Shown: one piece after another, positions 47,041 through 57,237 of the stretch | How positions within the stretch are numbered: position 1 is the first letter of the stretch | How the letters are laid out: each line of letters starts with the position of its first letter | DNA from: a virus | Lineage: Duplodnaviria > Caudoviricetes | IMG/VR virus record: IMGVR_UViG_3300035494_000045 | Span: 1-61,987 of that record | Reading direction: 5' to 3' (one strand) | Length of the DNA stretch: 61,987 bases | Made by a program: the position numbers and the translations under genes | Notes under the pieces: model-generated | Seen by the model: the letters and a program-made list of their open reading frames with translations, nothing else | Told to the model about the DNA's origin: nothing | Databases searched by the model: none

Positions 47041-47805
47041 ATGGATTTTTTAGAGTTACTACAAGAAGAAGCACCTAGTTTTGCTGGATACATGGACATC
47101 AAAGAGATTATGCGTCTCTACTATGGTCGTCTAGGTATGTATGTGTCTTTCTCAAATGATGAGAAACTTGACATGAGTGGCTTTGATGCTAGTGATTTGA
47201 ACAGACCATATGCTGTAAAAGCATATACGGTTGATACAGTGGTGGGTCGTAAAGTCTTCTCTGCAAAATTTTATGGTCATGTCTTCAGAATTATAAACAA
47301 GAATAGAAAGTTTCTGAATGATATTCGTGACTACACACGAGAAGACTTCATTGAAGATTATGAAGCTATGATGCTCTTTCCATACCTTTCAACTGAAGAA
47401 GTCTACAATGCCAGAATGATTGTTGATTCAAATCCAAGAATCAGAAGTGCATTCCAAAGATTTTGGGAAATGGTCAAGTTGATTGTTTCACCAGAAGGGA
47501 AGTTGGCTGATAAACTTTGGAGAAGAATCTTATTAGACCTTGGCTATGGTGGATTCACTGACCAATCAGGACAAGGCATCATGGCTAAAGGTAAACAAAC
47601 CATCACCTTGATATTGGATGAAAGAGATATTGAGGTGTATGATATTGTTCCGATACAGAAGTTTAGAGTGGATAAGCGTCAACGTGTTATTGACCAAATC
47701 AATAAGAAGAACAAGAGAATGCACGCTAGGAGAAATCGTGTGGCTAAAGTGAAGACTGAACCGACAAGAGGTTTGGTATCAACCATTAAAGGATTTTTAC
47801 GATGA
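47041..47805 (+). CDS. hypothetical virion-associated protein
   Basis: Behind the late promoter, coupled to neck genes. Confidence 0.65.
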   Translation: MDFLELLQEEAPSFAGYMDIKEIMRLYYGRLGMYVSFSNDEKLDMSGFDASDLNRPYAVKAYTVDTVVGRKVFSAKFYGHVFRIINKNRKFLNDIRDYTREDFIEDYEAMMLFPYLSTEEVYNARMIVDSNPRIRSAFQRFWEMVKLIVSPEGKLADKLWRRILLDLGYGGFTDQSGQGIMAKGKQTITLILDERDIEVYDIVPIQKFRVDKRQRVIDQINKKNKRMHARRNRVAKVKTEPTRGLVSTIKGFLR

Positions 47806-48488
47806 GCAGAATGGGTAAAATTGGTGTTTATAGTGATAAGACCAGAACACTCCAGCGAAAGTTATCATATGAGGTGTATGGTCTATCATTCAAAGAAGCA
47901 AATTTCTATCTTTACTTAGGTGATAAAGACAGTGTAACACCTGATAAGGATACCTTTGAGAATAAGGTCTTTTATGAAGTACCAGATAGATTGTACTCAC
48001 CAACCCCTATTCCAGTTCCAGTCGGTATGGAGCCATATAGTGACTCTAAGATGGACTTTAGCAGATTTGGTTTGATTAACCCAATGACAGATGAAGTAAG
48101 ATTCTCAATCCATATTGATGATTTTGTAACATTGGGCAGAGAGTTGGTTATCGGTGATGTGTTTGAAATGCCATTCTTCTCAAAGGATAATAAGAAAGCA
48201 TTTTATGAGGTCACAGATGTTGACTTCAAGAGTGAAAAAGAGAAGTTCATTTGTGTGTTCCATGCCAACACATTAGAAGCATCTCGTGCCACTCGTGATA
48301 TTCCATTCAATAGAGATAACTTCAATATCATGGATGATGTTATGAGTGAAGCTGATACAGACTATGCAGAAATCATTCCATCAGATGATACTTCGTTTGA
48401 CTTTGAACAAGAGCCAACACCATCAGAAGTTGATTATCGTGATGAATTACAATCCAGTTTTTTAGATGACCCTAGTAAGGAATTTTAA
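47802..48488 (+). CDS. neck/head-closure protein (gp14-like)
   Basis: SRFGL, F.IH, GR....GD..E.P; adjacent to gp13-like gene. Confidence 0.7.
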   Translation: MSRMGKIGVYSDKTRTLQRKLSYEVYGLSFKEANFYLYLGDKDSVTPDKDTFENKVFYEVPDRLYSPTPIPVPVGMEPYSDSKMDFSRFGLINPMTDEVRFSIHIDDFVTLGRELVIGDVFEMPFFSKDNKKAFYEVTDVDFKSEKEKFICVFHANTLEASRATRDIPFNRDNFNIMDDVMSEADTDYAEIIPSDDTSFDFEQEPTPSEVDYRDELQSSFLDDPSKEF

Positions 48489-48490
48489 GT

Positions 48491-49225
48491 ATGTTATTTG
48501 AAGATTTTAAAAGTGATGTTAATATTGCTCTTGGTGGCAATCTCGTCTCGGTTGAGTTGGAAGATGTTGACTATCAATATGCATTGAACAGAGCAATCAG
48601 AAAGTTTAAGCAATATGGTCATAACACCTATCGAAAAACATTCATGTCAGTTGAAGTGAGTAAGGGTGTTAGTACATACTCTATCCCAAGCAATATTGAA
48701 GATGGTATCAAGGTGATTAGACCAAACTCTTCTGGCATGTTCTCTGGTGAGGATATTTTCGTTAAGAAAGCCATTGATGAGTTAATCACAACCAAATCCA
48801 CATCTGGCTCATGCACTGGTGTGCAGTTCTTAGAATATGAGATGACATTGCATACCCTAGAGAAGTATAAGCGATACTCTGCATTTGATGTTGATTTTCA
48901 GATTGATAAGTTCAAACATGAGATTACGTTCTTCAACACACCAAAGATTGATGGTGAGATTTGGATTGTTGAGTGTTATGAGAACCTAACGGATGAAGAG
49001 TATGCTGAGATTGATTGGGTGTTTAGATGGGCAATTACCGAAGCTAAGTTAATCTTAGGGTCAGCATATCGTAAGTTTAGCAATCTTCCAAGTCCAGATG
49101 GTTCAACAAGCTTACCAGGCTCAGAAATTGTTCAAGAAGCTAAAGAAGAACAAAGATTGCTTATGGAAGAGATTGATAATTTGGTTGATGGTAGTATTGA
49201 CTACTACGGTGTTTATATCGGATAG
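48491..49225 (+). CDS. neck/head-tail adaptor protein (gp13-like)
   Basis: LGG..V.VEL, AK..LG....KF..LP.P.G...L.G..I..EA. Confidence 0.85.
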   Translation: MLFEDFKSDVNIALGGNLVSVELEDVDYQYALNRAIRKFKQYGHNTYRKTFMSVEVSKGVSTYSIPSNIEDGIKVIRPNSSGMFSGEDIFVKKAIDELITTKSTSGSCTGVQFLEYEMTLHTLEKYKRYSAFDVDFQIDKFKHEITFFNTPKIDGEIWIVECYENLTDEEYAEIDWVFRWAITEAKLILGSAYRKFSNLPSPDGSTSLPGSEIVQEAKEEQRLLMEEIDNLVDGSIDYYGVYIG

Positions 49226-49229
49226 AAAC

Positions 49230-49261
49230 AAAGAAAGCCCCTTGAATGGGGCTTTCTTTTT
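49230..49261. terminator. bidirectional rho-independent terminator
   Basis: AAAGAAAGCCCC-ttgaat-GGGGCTTTCTTT between convergent genes. Confidence 0.85.
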
Positions 49262-49742
49262 AGATGGATTCTTTAGGTAGCCATAAGATTTCTTTTCGTG
49301 TCAACATACAACCCTCAGCCACATCTCGTAAGTAGTAATAGTCCACTGGATTAGAACGAACTTCAATCGATAGACCAAAATCATTCGCTTCACCATTCAA
49401 CTCTCTTGATAAGACCATACAACGTGATTCTAAGATTGCAGTAGAAACAATATTCACCATGCATCCGCTTCGCTCAACATCTGCGAATGTCACATCAACA
49501 TCCTTATACATACCATTTCGTTCCATGCCGACACGAAATGTTGCGGCTCTGAAGTCATCATGATATGCAAGACGAACGGTGTGGCGACTGTTCTGCAATA
49601 CAGCATTTGACACTTCGCCAACAAACATATCACAATGCCCAAGATTCAACTGGCTTGCTTGCTCTTGCATAATGTTACTTGCTTGTGCTGTCCCGAACAC
49701 CATCATTGCACCAACAGCCATACCGATAAATAACTTTTTCAT
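49260..49742 (-). CDS. secreted/periplasmic hypothetical protein
   Basis: Signal peptide MKKLF...AQA. Confidence 0.7.
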   Translation of the reverse strand: MKKLFIGMAVGAMMVFGTAQASNIMQEQASQLNLGHCDMFVGEVSNAVLQNSRHTVRLAYHDDFRAATFRVGMERNGMYKDVDVTFADVERSGCMVNIVSTAILESRCMVLSRELNGEANDFGLSIEVRSNPVDYYYLRDVAEGCMLTRKEILWLPKESI

Positions 49743-49800
49743 AATAGTTTTCCTCCTCATTGTTAAAAACTAAATATAATTTTAAATCAATCTTATTGCA

Positions 49801-50088
49801 ATGTCAACACTTTATTTCTATATTTTAAAAGACCCAGACTGTTTATCCAAATGTAAGATTGGTATCACCAAGAATCTTACACAAAGACTAAAGACATATC
49901 GAACCCAATGCCCACAATGTGTGTTTAGCTTTACTGATGTTATAGAGAGTAAAAGAATTGAGAAGAATATACTCTTTAATTTGAGAGGTCAGTTCAGGGT
50001 TGATAGAGAAGTGGTTCATTGCCACCCCTCCATTGTTGAAAATATTGTCAGTGGTTTATTAGAAGATTTTAATCAATCTGCTCAATGA
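49801..50088 (+). CDS. small GIY-YIG/T5orf172-like protein
   Basis: YFYI...KIGITKNL.QRL..Y...E..I...RE. Confidence 0.7.
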   Translation: MSTLYFYILKDPDCLSKCKIGITKNLTQRLKTYRTQCPQCVFSFTDVIESKRIEKNILFNLRGQFRVDREVVHCHPSIVENIVSGLLEDFNQSAQ

Positions 50089-50335
50089 CAATATCACCAG
50101 TGATGCGAACAAGTTGCCCATCCACATCGAAAAAGTATCCATCAGTTTGTGTTTCCGATGAAATGTAACCATCAACCTCCCACGTTCGCACGGCAACGCC
50201 ACCTGAGTATAGGGTAACTTTAAAAGTCCCGCCTAGGGTGCTCTGTTGGAGCTTCTGGATGCTATTTTCCCAATGAGAACACCCACTGATTGCCAATGTA
50301 CCAACTAAGCCAAGTACCAATAAAATTTTCTTCAT
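50069..50335 (-). CDS. lipoprotein
   Basis: Lipobox ISGC. Confidence 0.7.
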   Translation of the reverse strand: MKKILLVLGLVGTLAISGCSHWENSIQKLQQSTLGGTFKVTLYSGGVAVRTWEVDGYISSETQTDGYFFDVDGQLVRITGDIVIEQID

Positions 50336-50521
50336 ATCTTCTCTCCTTATAATAAATTAAAATGTGTCATAAAATGTTCAACTGTTAGGTACAGTGAATA
50401 CGGTGGTAAGATGATGGCAAAGACTTTCTCAAATCCACTAGCTAATACCCAGCCCATAACCACCGATATGAGTAGTACGAAAGTCAAAATTATAGCAATG
50501 ATACGTTCAGCACTACACATA

Positions 50522-51118
50522 CTATACCTCCGTTTCCATAAGTTGTTTAAACAAGTTATAATCCATATGAGCATCAGTTACAGCACTTAGTTTAGCTGAT
50601 TCAAGCATACGCTCAAGTTCACGTTTCATACAAGATAGGTCTCGGATTCTCGTGGCTTCTGCGTCCCACTCATTCATGAAATTATTATACACATCAATTT
50701 GCTTTAATGTTTTTAGGTAAAACTCCTCAAGATGTGTTCTAGTATCGACTTTGAATTTGAAATTATGGAGTTGTAAGGTTTTGTAAATGTAGACATTTCG
50801 GCTTCCAAACTCAACTCTATCTTCAATCATATCACGATATAACCAAACAAAACCTGGTTTTCTCCAGAATCTCCACCCGACATATTTCTCAGCTAGTTGT
50901 TTGCCAACAGTCTCAGCCCGTTCATACATTGCATCAAGTTCTTTACGCATTTCGTTCCTAATGTCTTTAACTTCATCATCTGGTGCGTGTAAGCTTTCGA
51001 GCAAGTCAAGCTCCTTGTTAATTTTGTTTAGTTTTGCCTCGATGTCTTTTTTCTGCTTCTGTGTTAGCTTTTTCAAGTCAATCACCGAATGGACACCTGT
51101 TGTGCATTTTACTTCCAT
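50522..51118 (-). CDS. hypothetical protein
   Basis: GGAGG SD. Confidence 0.6.
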   Translation of the reverse strand: MEVKCTTGVHSVIDLKKLTQKQKKDIEAKLNKINKELDLLESLHAPDDEVKDIRNEMRKELDAMYERAETVGKQLAEKYVGWRFWRKPGFVWLYRDMIEDRVEFGSRNVYIYKTLQLHNFKFKVDTRTHLEEFYLKTLKQIDVYNNFMNEWDAEATRIRDLSCMKRELERMLESAKLSAVTDAHMDYNLFKQLMETEV

Positions 51119-51345
51119 ACCATTACCTCCTTTATTCATATCTTCTGTCAATATACTCATATACTAAAAATAATGAATCTTCGTCAAGATGTTTCATCTC
51201 CAAAGAAATCATTTCATATGCATATAGTATAACCCAAAAGATAGTATTTGTAAACACCAAACCCTCATGAATACCATCAAACCAAAAAATGATTGGTGTT
51301 AGGATGCCCATCCATGTTAGGAAAGCGTATTTCAGTTGTTCTTTC

Positions 51346-51639
51346 CTAAGTTTGTTCATAGATAATTCCCTCGGTATATAGCTTACAATACTTATCAAAG
51401 TCATGGTGTATGTACCACATTTCGTCTTGTGATCCGATGATATATTCTAATGCTTCCACAATCTTAAAAAGATTGTGGGCAATAGTCACACCAATAATCC
51501 ACCAAAACCATGTCGGGGGATTTTCGTGATATTCTAAGTACGTTGAAGCTACAACCAATACCAAAGTAAATAATACTAATACAATAAATGGAAGAATGAC
51601 TTTGGATTGATACTTGTTATATTCTTTGTAGTAGTTCAT
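51346..51639 (-). CDS. membrane protein
   Basis: Two TM segments. Confidence 0.55.
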   Translation of the reverse strand: MNYYKEYNKYQSKVILPFIVLVLFTLVLVVASTYLEYHENPPTWFWWIIGVTIAHNLFKIVEALEYIIGSQDEMWYIHHDFDKYCKLYTEGIIYEQT

Positions 51640-51642
51640 GAG

Positions 51643-51921
51643 TTATTCTCCTTCGCTATCAAGTTGGTGGGCAAGACTACGATTTAACACTATTGTGTCC
51701 ATCATTTCACCAGTAATTTCACCTTGCCGATAGTCATCAATTTCCAAAGACCAATGAAACTCATCCTCTTTGATGATATACTTAAACCAAAACTTTTGTA
51801 ACCATTTTGGCTTATTGTACCACTTTGTGTAAGCAATGTAAAACTTTATTTTGTTTATTGGGTTTAACCAGTCCCACACCTCAAGTAGCCATAGTTTTAA
51901 CATGATTAAATCGCGTAACAT
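51643..51921 (-). CDS. hypothetical protein
   Basis: Coupled. Confidence 0.55.
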   Translation of the reverse strand: MLRDLIMLKLWLLEVWDWLNPINKIKFYIAYTKWYNKPKWLQKFWFKYIIKEDEFHWSLEIDDYRQGEITGEMMDTIVLNRSLAHQLDSEGE

Positions 51922-52472
51922 TATCTAAGCTCCTTTAAAAGAATACTCCGACACTCACGAAAGTCATCAATAGTAAATCCATCTAAATTATTTGTCTGAA
52001 CATAATGTTCTTTAGACCAATCTAATTGACTCATGGTGGCATAACTATCATCAAGGATGCAGAAACCATCAACTGGATTTTCCTTTAACCACATCTCAAT
52101 TTCAATCCATCTACTATCCGACAGTCTTTCTCGTTGAGTCGGTGTAATAGCAATCACATCAATAAAACATTCCTTACCAATCTTCCCAAGAATTCCTTTG
52201 AATAACACATTCCAATATTCAACAGTTTTGCCAATCTCATCCAATCGCCAAGACGACGAAATAACAATCTTGGCTTTGGTTTCTTTACAAAGCTCATTTA
52301 AGAGATTAACAGCCGATGGGTCTAATCTAGCATCTTTGATATATCTTTCCACATTTCCTTTGTGTTCTGGAAGAGAGACACCACCATACTTGTAAGTCAA
52401 TGCCCACTTTTCACTGTTTAGAACACCATCGATGTCTAGGAAGATTACCTTATTCTTTTCCAAAGTTGTCAT
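51921..52472 (-). CDS. HAD-family phosphatase (RNA-repair 'Swiss Army Knife' HAD type)
   Basis: IFLDIDGVLN, IVISSSWR, R..EI..WL, ILDD. Confidence 0.82.
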   Translation of the reverse strand: MTTLEKNKVIFLDIDGVLNSEKWALTYKYGGVSLPEHKGNVERYIKDARLDPSAVNLLNELCKETKAKIVISSSWRLDEIGKTVEYWNVLFKGILGKIGKECFIDVIAITPTQRERLSDSRWIEIEMWLKENPVDGFCILDDSYATMSQLDWSKEHYVQTNNLDGFTIDDFRECRSILLKELR

Positions 52473-52767
52473 ATTCATCCCAATCCTTATATTCATTCAA
52501 CATAAACTCATCACCACACTGTGTACCAAGCAACTCGGATACCTGCTCTTCTACGCTCATTGCATGGAATGAGTTTGGTAGTGAATTATACAACGCAACT
52601 TCAAGGTCGTCAATGCTTTCAAATTCTTTTGACTTCTCCTTAACCTCATTCTCAGTTAGCATACAACTAGAACAGATGTATAGGTCTAGGATGCGCTTAA
52701 TTTCAGTGATGTGTTCTGACTGGACACTGAATCCAGGTTTTGACATTTTAATCAGTTCATAAACCAT
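52450..52767 (-). CDS. hypothetical protein
   Basis: AGGAG SD. Confidence 0.55.
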   Translation of the reverse strand: MVYELIKMSKPGFSVQSEHITEIKRILDLYICSSCMLTENEVKEKSKEFESIDDLEVALYNSLPNSFHAMSVEEQVSELLGTQCGDEFMLNEYKDWDEYDNFGKE

Positions 52768-52970
52768 TTCTATACTCCTATTACCAATATAGCAACATAA
52801 ACGGTAAACAACCCAACAACCATTGTTAAGATTGAACCAAAAAGCATTCCGTTTCTAAATCCTCTGTCATATTCTCTACTTTTCACATTTGTTTCCAGTG
52901 GCTTACATTTTCTTAGTTTGGAAGTTCGATTTGTTCCAACCATACTTACATCTGTTATTTCGCTCATCTT

Positions 52971-53255
52971 CTAATTCCTATAGTGCCAGTTGACATCAAT
53001 CACCTTATCTCGATAATGATTGGTGAACGTGTTGTTTAATCCAGAAGTAAACCCTTCTAAAGCCACAAGCAAAGAAAAAGCAAACACAAGCATTGAGATT
53101 AGTACCACTAAACCATAGGTTGAAGCGCCAACCCAGTTTGTTGTTTTCTCCATCTCCTCCACTAAGTAAAAGATTATAAACCAAGATGGCAATGCTACAG
53201 TCAATCCTAAGATTGTTAGTTTTAAATTATTCACCTTCATTCCTCCATCACACAA
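52971..53255 (-). CDS. membrane protein
   Basis: Two TM segments. Confidence 0.5.
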   Translation of the reverse strand: MCDGGMKVNNLKLTILGLTVALPSWFIIFYLVEEMEKTTNWVGASTYGLVVLISMLVFAFSLLVALEGFTSGLNNTFTNHYRDKVIDVNWHYRN

Positions 53256-53530
53256 ACATCGATTATCATTTTATCATATTCCGATTCAAGTTTAAAGTCA
53301 AATTCTTCATCAAAAACTGGAATTGGCTTGCCTTGATTGAATATTTCAATACCAGTGTCCCTCATGAACTTATGCATCTGCTCTTCCTTTAGATACATCT
53401 CTCCAGTTTCAAATGTATCATGGTGAGTATATGGTTTGAGTAGTTCAAACTCACTTTCACTCACTTCTAATCGAAATAAACGATATGATACATCAAGACT
53501 CCAGTATTGTCTTACAAATTTTAACTCCAT
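53237..53530 (-). CDS. hypothetical protein
   Basis: GGAGG SD. Confidence 0.55.
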   Translation of the reverse strand: MELKFVRQYWSLDVSYRLFRLEVSESEFELLKPYTHHDTFETGEMYLKEEQMHKFMRDTGIEIFNQGKPIPVFDEEFDFKLESEYDKMIIDVCVMEE

Positions 53531-53533
53531 ATT

Positions 53534-54169
53534 CTAATCCTCCAGTTTCATCCAATAAACACCATTTACATTACAAGGAGTTCTTGAATATGGCAACTCA
53601 ACAATGGAAGATGTTGTCTCGACAGTCCCCATTCTATTGAAAGTGTTCACCTTAATCCATTTGACAAACTGCTCCTTTTGGAAATCCCAACCAACTTCTC
53701 CAAAAGAGATAAAGTAGTCCATTGGTGTTGTGGTGTTGTCACTAAAGCGTTCAATAAATCTCTTTGAATCTTTGCAATAGTAATACACACGACCATCGTT
53801 AAGTTTAGTTTTAATCTGATACCCATCTAGCATTGCACGAATAGCATCTTCACTAGAGTTGAAGTCATAGTAATTCTCTGGTGGTTCTTCATCAATTATA
53901 CCATCGTCTTCATATTGCTTATGGATTAGAGAATCTTCTGCATGGGGTAATACTTCGTTCCTTATATTCATCGCAACATTTTCTTTACTAACAATGAGGC
54001 GACAGGCGTTGTCGTTATATTCTGGTATCCATTGACCAGTCTCATAGTCATATGTCGGTTTCTTTGAATAACCCCAGATATGACCAGACAAGTCCATCGC
54101 AAACCATGCTAGTTCTTCTGGAAGTGGAAATTGGTGTTTTGTTAAAAAGTCTAATAAAGTTTTCATCAT
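53534..54169 (-). CDS. hypothetical protein
   Basis: GGAGG SD; W.AMD..G..W.Y..KP motif common in phage proteins. Confidence 0.65.
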   Translation of the reverse strand: MMKTLLDFLTKHQFPLPEELAWFAMDLSGHIWGYSKKPTYDYETGQWIPEYNDNACRLIVSKENVAMNIRNEVLPHAEDSLIHKQYEDDGIIDEEPPENYYDFNSSEDAIRAMLDGYQIKTKLNDGRVYYYCKDSKRFIERFSDNTTTPMDYFISFGEVGWDFQKEQFVKWIKVNTFNRMGTVETTSSIVELPYSRTPCNVNGVYWMKLED

Positions 54170-54200
54170 TAATCCTCCATTTCTGATTCAACATGGTCAC

Positions 54201-54229
54201 ATTCTAACAAAGTAAATTTGAAAAGTCAA
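54201..54229 (-). promoter_or_regulatory. sigma70-like promoter
   Basis: TTGACT-17-TAGAAT with extended TG. Confidence 0.65.
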
Positions 54230-54336
54230 GCCCATAAAATAAAAAAAAAAAGGAAAGATTTTATTTCTTTCCCTTTTTATTCTTATACATCACTAAGCGT
54301 GAGTTGATTAGAATCTAACCCAGACTGAGGATACCT

Positions 54337-54663
54337 CTAGTCACTCACTTCAATCTTACGAACACTAAACGAACTACCTTGACCAAAATCTAAAGAAAAG
54401 AATAAGCCATTAAATTCTGTTGTTGCGTAAGTTCCTTGTGTATCCCACTTTACACCTTGTTTATTCAATAAAGCATCACAAACCTTGATTAGTTTGGCTT
54501 TCATATCATCTGGAACATTTACATCATAGTCATCTGAATGTAGATATTCGTACTTATCCACATATTCCTTTAAATCAATTACATCAAAGTCGAAATCAAC
54601 AGAGTTCATATATCGTGTTCTTTCATTGATTTTCTCTACATATTCTTTGACGAAATCATTCAT
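54337..54663 (-). CDS. hypothetical protein
   Basis: Coupled. Confidence 0.55.
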   Translation of the reverse strand: MNDFVKEYVEKINERTRYMNSVDFDFDVIDLKEYVDKYEYLHSDDYDVNVPDDMKAKLIKVCDALLNKQGVKWDTQGTYATTEFNGLFFSLDFGQGSSFSVRKIEVSD

Positions 54664-54886
54664 CTTTACTCTTCCCTATGATATGTTGGCATTCAGATGG
54701 TTTGTGATACTCAACGCAAGCCTTATAAGAGTTTTCCATAGCTTGCATTGTTTGTTGATGCATTTGTACTAGCTTTTCCTTAGAGCTGTCGGATTCTATA
54801 AGCGAACCAAGAAGACCCACAACGGCAAATCCAACGAGTAGCGCAATAATTAAAACAAATGCTTTGGCTCCTTCATCTTTAATCAT
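54656..54886 (-). CDS. membrane-anchored small protein
   Basis: N-terminal TM segment. Confidence 0.55.
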   Translation of the reverse strand: MIKDEGAKAFVLIIALLVGFAVVGLLGSLIESDSSKEKLVQMHQQTMQAMENSYKACVEYHKPSECQHIIGKSKDE

Positions 54887-55383
54887 ATACTTTCTCTCCT
54901 ACTTTTTGATACAAGTTCCAATATTTCTTAAACACTTTCTTAGTGAGTTTCTTTAACTCTTTGTCCTCATCAACCGCAGGGTGGCTCAATAGATAAGTTT
55001 CTACCATATCCATCTGTACCCATACTCGGTCTAGTAGTTCATCATAATGACCTTGGTTCACTGCATTTTCTTCAGGAACCATTGTAGTTTTCACTTCTTC
55101 CTGTTGTTTGAAGTATTCATCAACATAATAATCTAGTAAATCATCTTTTAGCTTTTCTACTGCTTTTTGGGTGTTGCGAAACTGCTTTTTGGGTGTTGCG
55201 AAACACTCCCTTTTCCGATTCACAACTATTAATGATTCCTGTTGCTAAGTGAACAACTCGAACTGCAACTGGATTTGAATTTATTGCTGATGGATTTCTA
55301 TAGACATCAATTTGAATAGTGCCATCAACATTTTCAAGTCCCACATTACTTACATAGTTAAACATATTATCAGTTTCACTCAT
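54879..55383 (-). pseudogene. release-factor-domain-like gene frameshifted by a 22-bp tandem duplication
   Basis: IDVYR..AVRVVH..TGI...C.SE....RN; duplicated ACTGCTTTTTGGGTGTTGCGAA at 55159-55202. Confidence 0.65.
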
Positions 55384-55408
55384 AACTTCTCTCCATTAGC
55401 CAATGATT

Positions 55409-55768
55409 TTAAAAGAGCCAGGGTATAAAATATTCATTAGTTTCCATCCAATAGTATGTGAAAATTAAGATTATACCATGAAGAAGTTGGTCAAGTCCAA
55501 TTATTTTGAAAAACATTGACCGTTGGCCTTTTCTATGGAACATTGCCGCTTGTCTTGATGTGACATAATCCACAATCCAATGTAAAACACCATTAATCAA
55601 GGCATATAACCAGTTAATCAATAGGAAAGGGATTGTATAAACAACCACATGAATTGTAAGCCATTTAACGGACTTAGACTTGTTGAGTGCCATCTTATCC
55701 GTTTGAAGGATGAAATCCCCAATAAAGTGTAAGATGAGCAACGTCATCACCATATAAACATCAATCAT
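55409..55768 (-). CDS. DUF3307-like membrane protein
   Basis: HF.GDF.LQ...A..K, H...D, DQ.LH. Confidence 0.8.
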   Translation of the reverse strand: MIDVYMVMTLLILHFIGDFILQTDKMALNKSKSVKWLTIHVVVYTIPFLLINWLYALINGVLHWIVDYVTSRQAAMFHRKGQRSMFFKIIGLDQLLHGIILIFTYYWMETNEYFIPWLF

Positions 55769-55780
55769 AAAAATCTCCCA

Positions 55781-56005
55781 TCAAGTTTTTCTTTTAACTT
55801 CAAATCCCCATTGGCTACCAATATCGTCTTTGTAGCCATACTTTCTAATGTTGTCCATCATATCATGAAGTTTCTTTCTCTGCAACTGAACTTCTTCAAA
55901 AGATGTTGTACCCATATGACTTAATTCATAATCGGCACAAGCTTCTTCCAGCTTATACATAGTATCAAAGAGTTCAGTTAGACTTGTTAAATTGTCTGGA
56001 TTCAT
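55781..56005 (-). CDS. hypothetical protein
   Basis: Coupled. Confidence 0.5.
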   Translation of the reverse strand: MNPDNLTSLTELFDTMYKLEEACADYELSHMGTTSFEEVQLQRKKLHDMMDNIRKYGYKDDIGSQWGFEVKRKT

Positions 56006-56007
56006 GG

Positions 56008-56370
56008 TTAGTCAGACTCTTTCTTATGCAATCTTAAACCCTCTTCAACCATTTCTTCCCAATACGTTCCACCTGTATAAAACTGGGTGGAGAACTTAAT
56101 GGTTCCATCATCTTGGTGTTCAATATCAACGTAGTCGTCGGAAATGTCAAACTCATTGATTTGGAGAACTTCGTAGAGTTCTCCATTAAGCATTGTATAC
56201 TCGTCAATACCCCAAAGATAATCTTTAACAAAGGATTTGAGGTTTTCTTGAGTTTCTAGTTTCACATTGTCTGTTGATTTTGGATACTTCTCTTTAATCT
56301 TTTCAGCCATTTGTTCAAGCGAAAGCTCAGACTTTTTAAGCTTCCCTACCATTCTTACTGTTTCACTCAT
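56008..56370 (-). CDS. hypothetical protein
   Basis: GGAGG SD. Confidence 0.6.
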   Translation of the reverse strand: MSETVRMVGKLKKSELSLEQMAEKIKEKYPKSTDNVKLETQENLKSFVKDYLWGIDEYTMLNGELYEVLQINEFDISDDYVDIEHQDDGTIKFSTQFYTGGTYWEEMVEEGLRLHKKESD

Positions 56371-56432
56371 AATAAACCTCCATCAATAAAACTTACACAC
56401 ATCATATCATCAAACTCTGCCGATGTAAACCA

Positions 56433-56882
56433 TTACCACCACAAATTCTTAAAATACTTACCAAATAGTTCATAACCTTCTTGACATCTAGCTTCCCATT
56501 CGGCTTCGTCTTTCCTATAACGCTCATATTCTTCTTCGTTTGTTACTGTAATGGGGTCTAGTTGGTACATAATCTCACCATCAACCTCAACTTCTTTTGA
56601 TGTCATTTCATTGAACTCAAAGTCATAGTCATCCATATTTGGTGCTGGTTGATTGAATGCGTAATCAATCTTTTCCAACACCTCTTGCCAGACCTTATCT
56701 GCTTCTTCACCTGTAGGTGTTTCATCTGTCAAGAAAACACAAGGAACACCAAACCATTCTGACTTTTGTTGTTTGACCTCTAAGAACTTGCGAATACCAG
56801 CGCCAATGATAGGGCGTAGTGTTTGTTCTAAGTTCCATGTGTCTTTATAACTTGCTATTGGTTTCTTACCTTTGAATCGCAT
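56433..56882 (-). CDS. hypothetical phage protein
   Basis: DTWNL..TL...I, EG.ELFGKYF..LW motifs. Confidence 0.7.
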   Translation of the reverse strand: MRFKGKKPIASYKDTWNLEQTLRPIIGAGIRKFLEVKQQKSEWFGVPCVFLTDETPTGEEADKVWQEVLEKIDYAFNQPAPNMDDYDFEFNEMTSKEVEVDGEIMYQLDPITVTNEEEYERYRKDEAEWEARCQEGYELFGKYFKNLWW

Positions 56883-56975
56883 TAGTTACTCCTTTACTCA
56901 TTACCTGGTGGAATTGGTCTAGGTGGTTTTGTTGGTCTATCCGATTTTTCATTTAAACCACAAAGTAATTTCATA

Positions 56976-57227
56976 TCAATTCTCATCACTTAATTCTACA
57001 ATCTCATTATACATTGCCAAGATAAGATTGTCTTCTGGTAGTGTATACGGGTAACACTCATTCCCTTTCGCCACTTCCTCGATATATTCGTTGCGACTTT
57101 TAATGATGTCTCTGATAAGACCAACGGCAACATCATCAATACTGTTTGGTGTTGGATTCTTGTTCTCCAAAATGCTGGAGATTTGATTAAAGAGTATAGT
57201 TGTCTCCAATCTATTAATTTCTCCCAT
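56976..57227 (-). CDS. hypothetical protein
   Basis: AGGAG SD. Confidence 0.55.
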   Translation of the reverse strand: MGEINRLETTILFNQISSILENKNPTPNSIDDVAVGLIRDIIKSRNEYIEEVAKGNECYPYTLPEDNLILAMYNEIVELSDEN

Positions 57228-57237
57228 AGTGTTTCTC

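Noticed and set aside
53237-54169. Minus-strand ORFs ending VMEE and KLED as tail-family members
   Set aside because: They lack the terminal hydrophobic residue and are explained by SD overlap alone; they serve as a control.
54241-54282. Poly-A run and A/T-rich inverted repeat as a regulatory switch
   Set aside because: Consistent with an ordinary minus-strand terminator-like element in an intergenic gap; nothing further is supportable.
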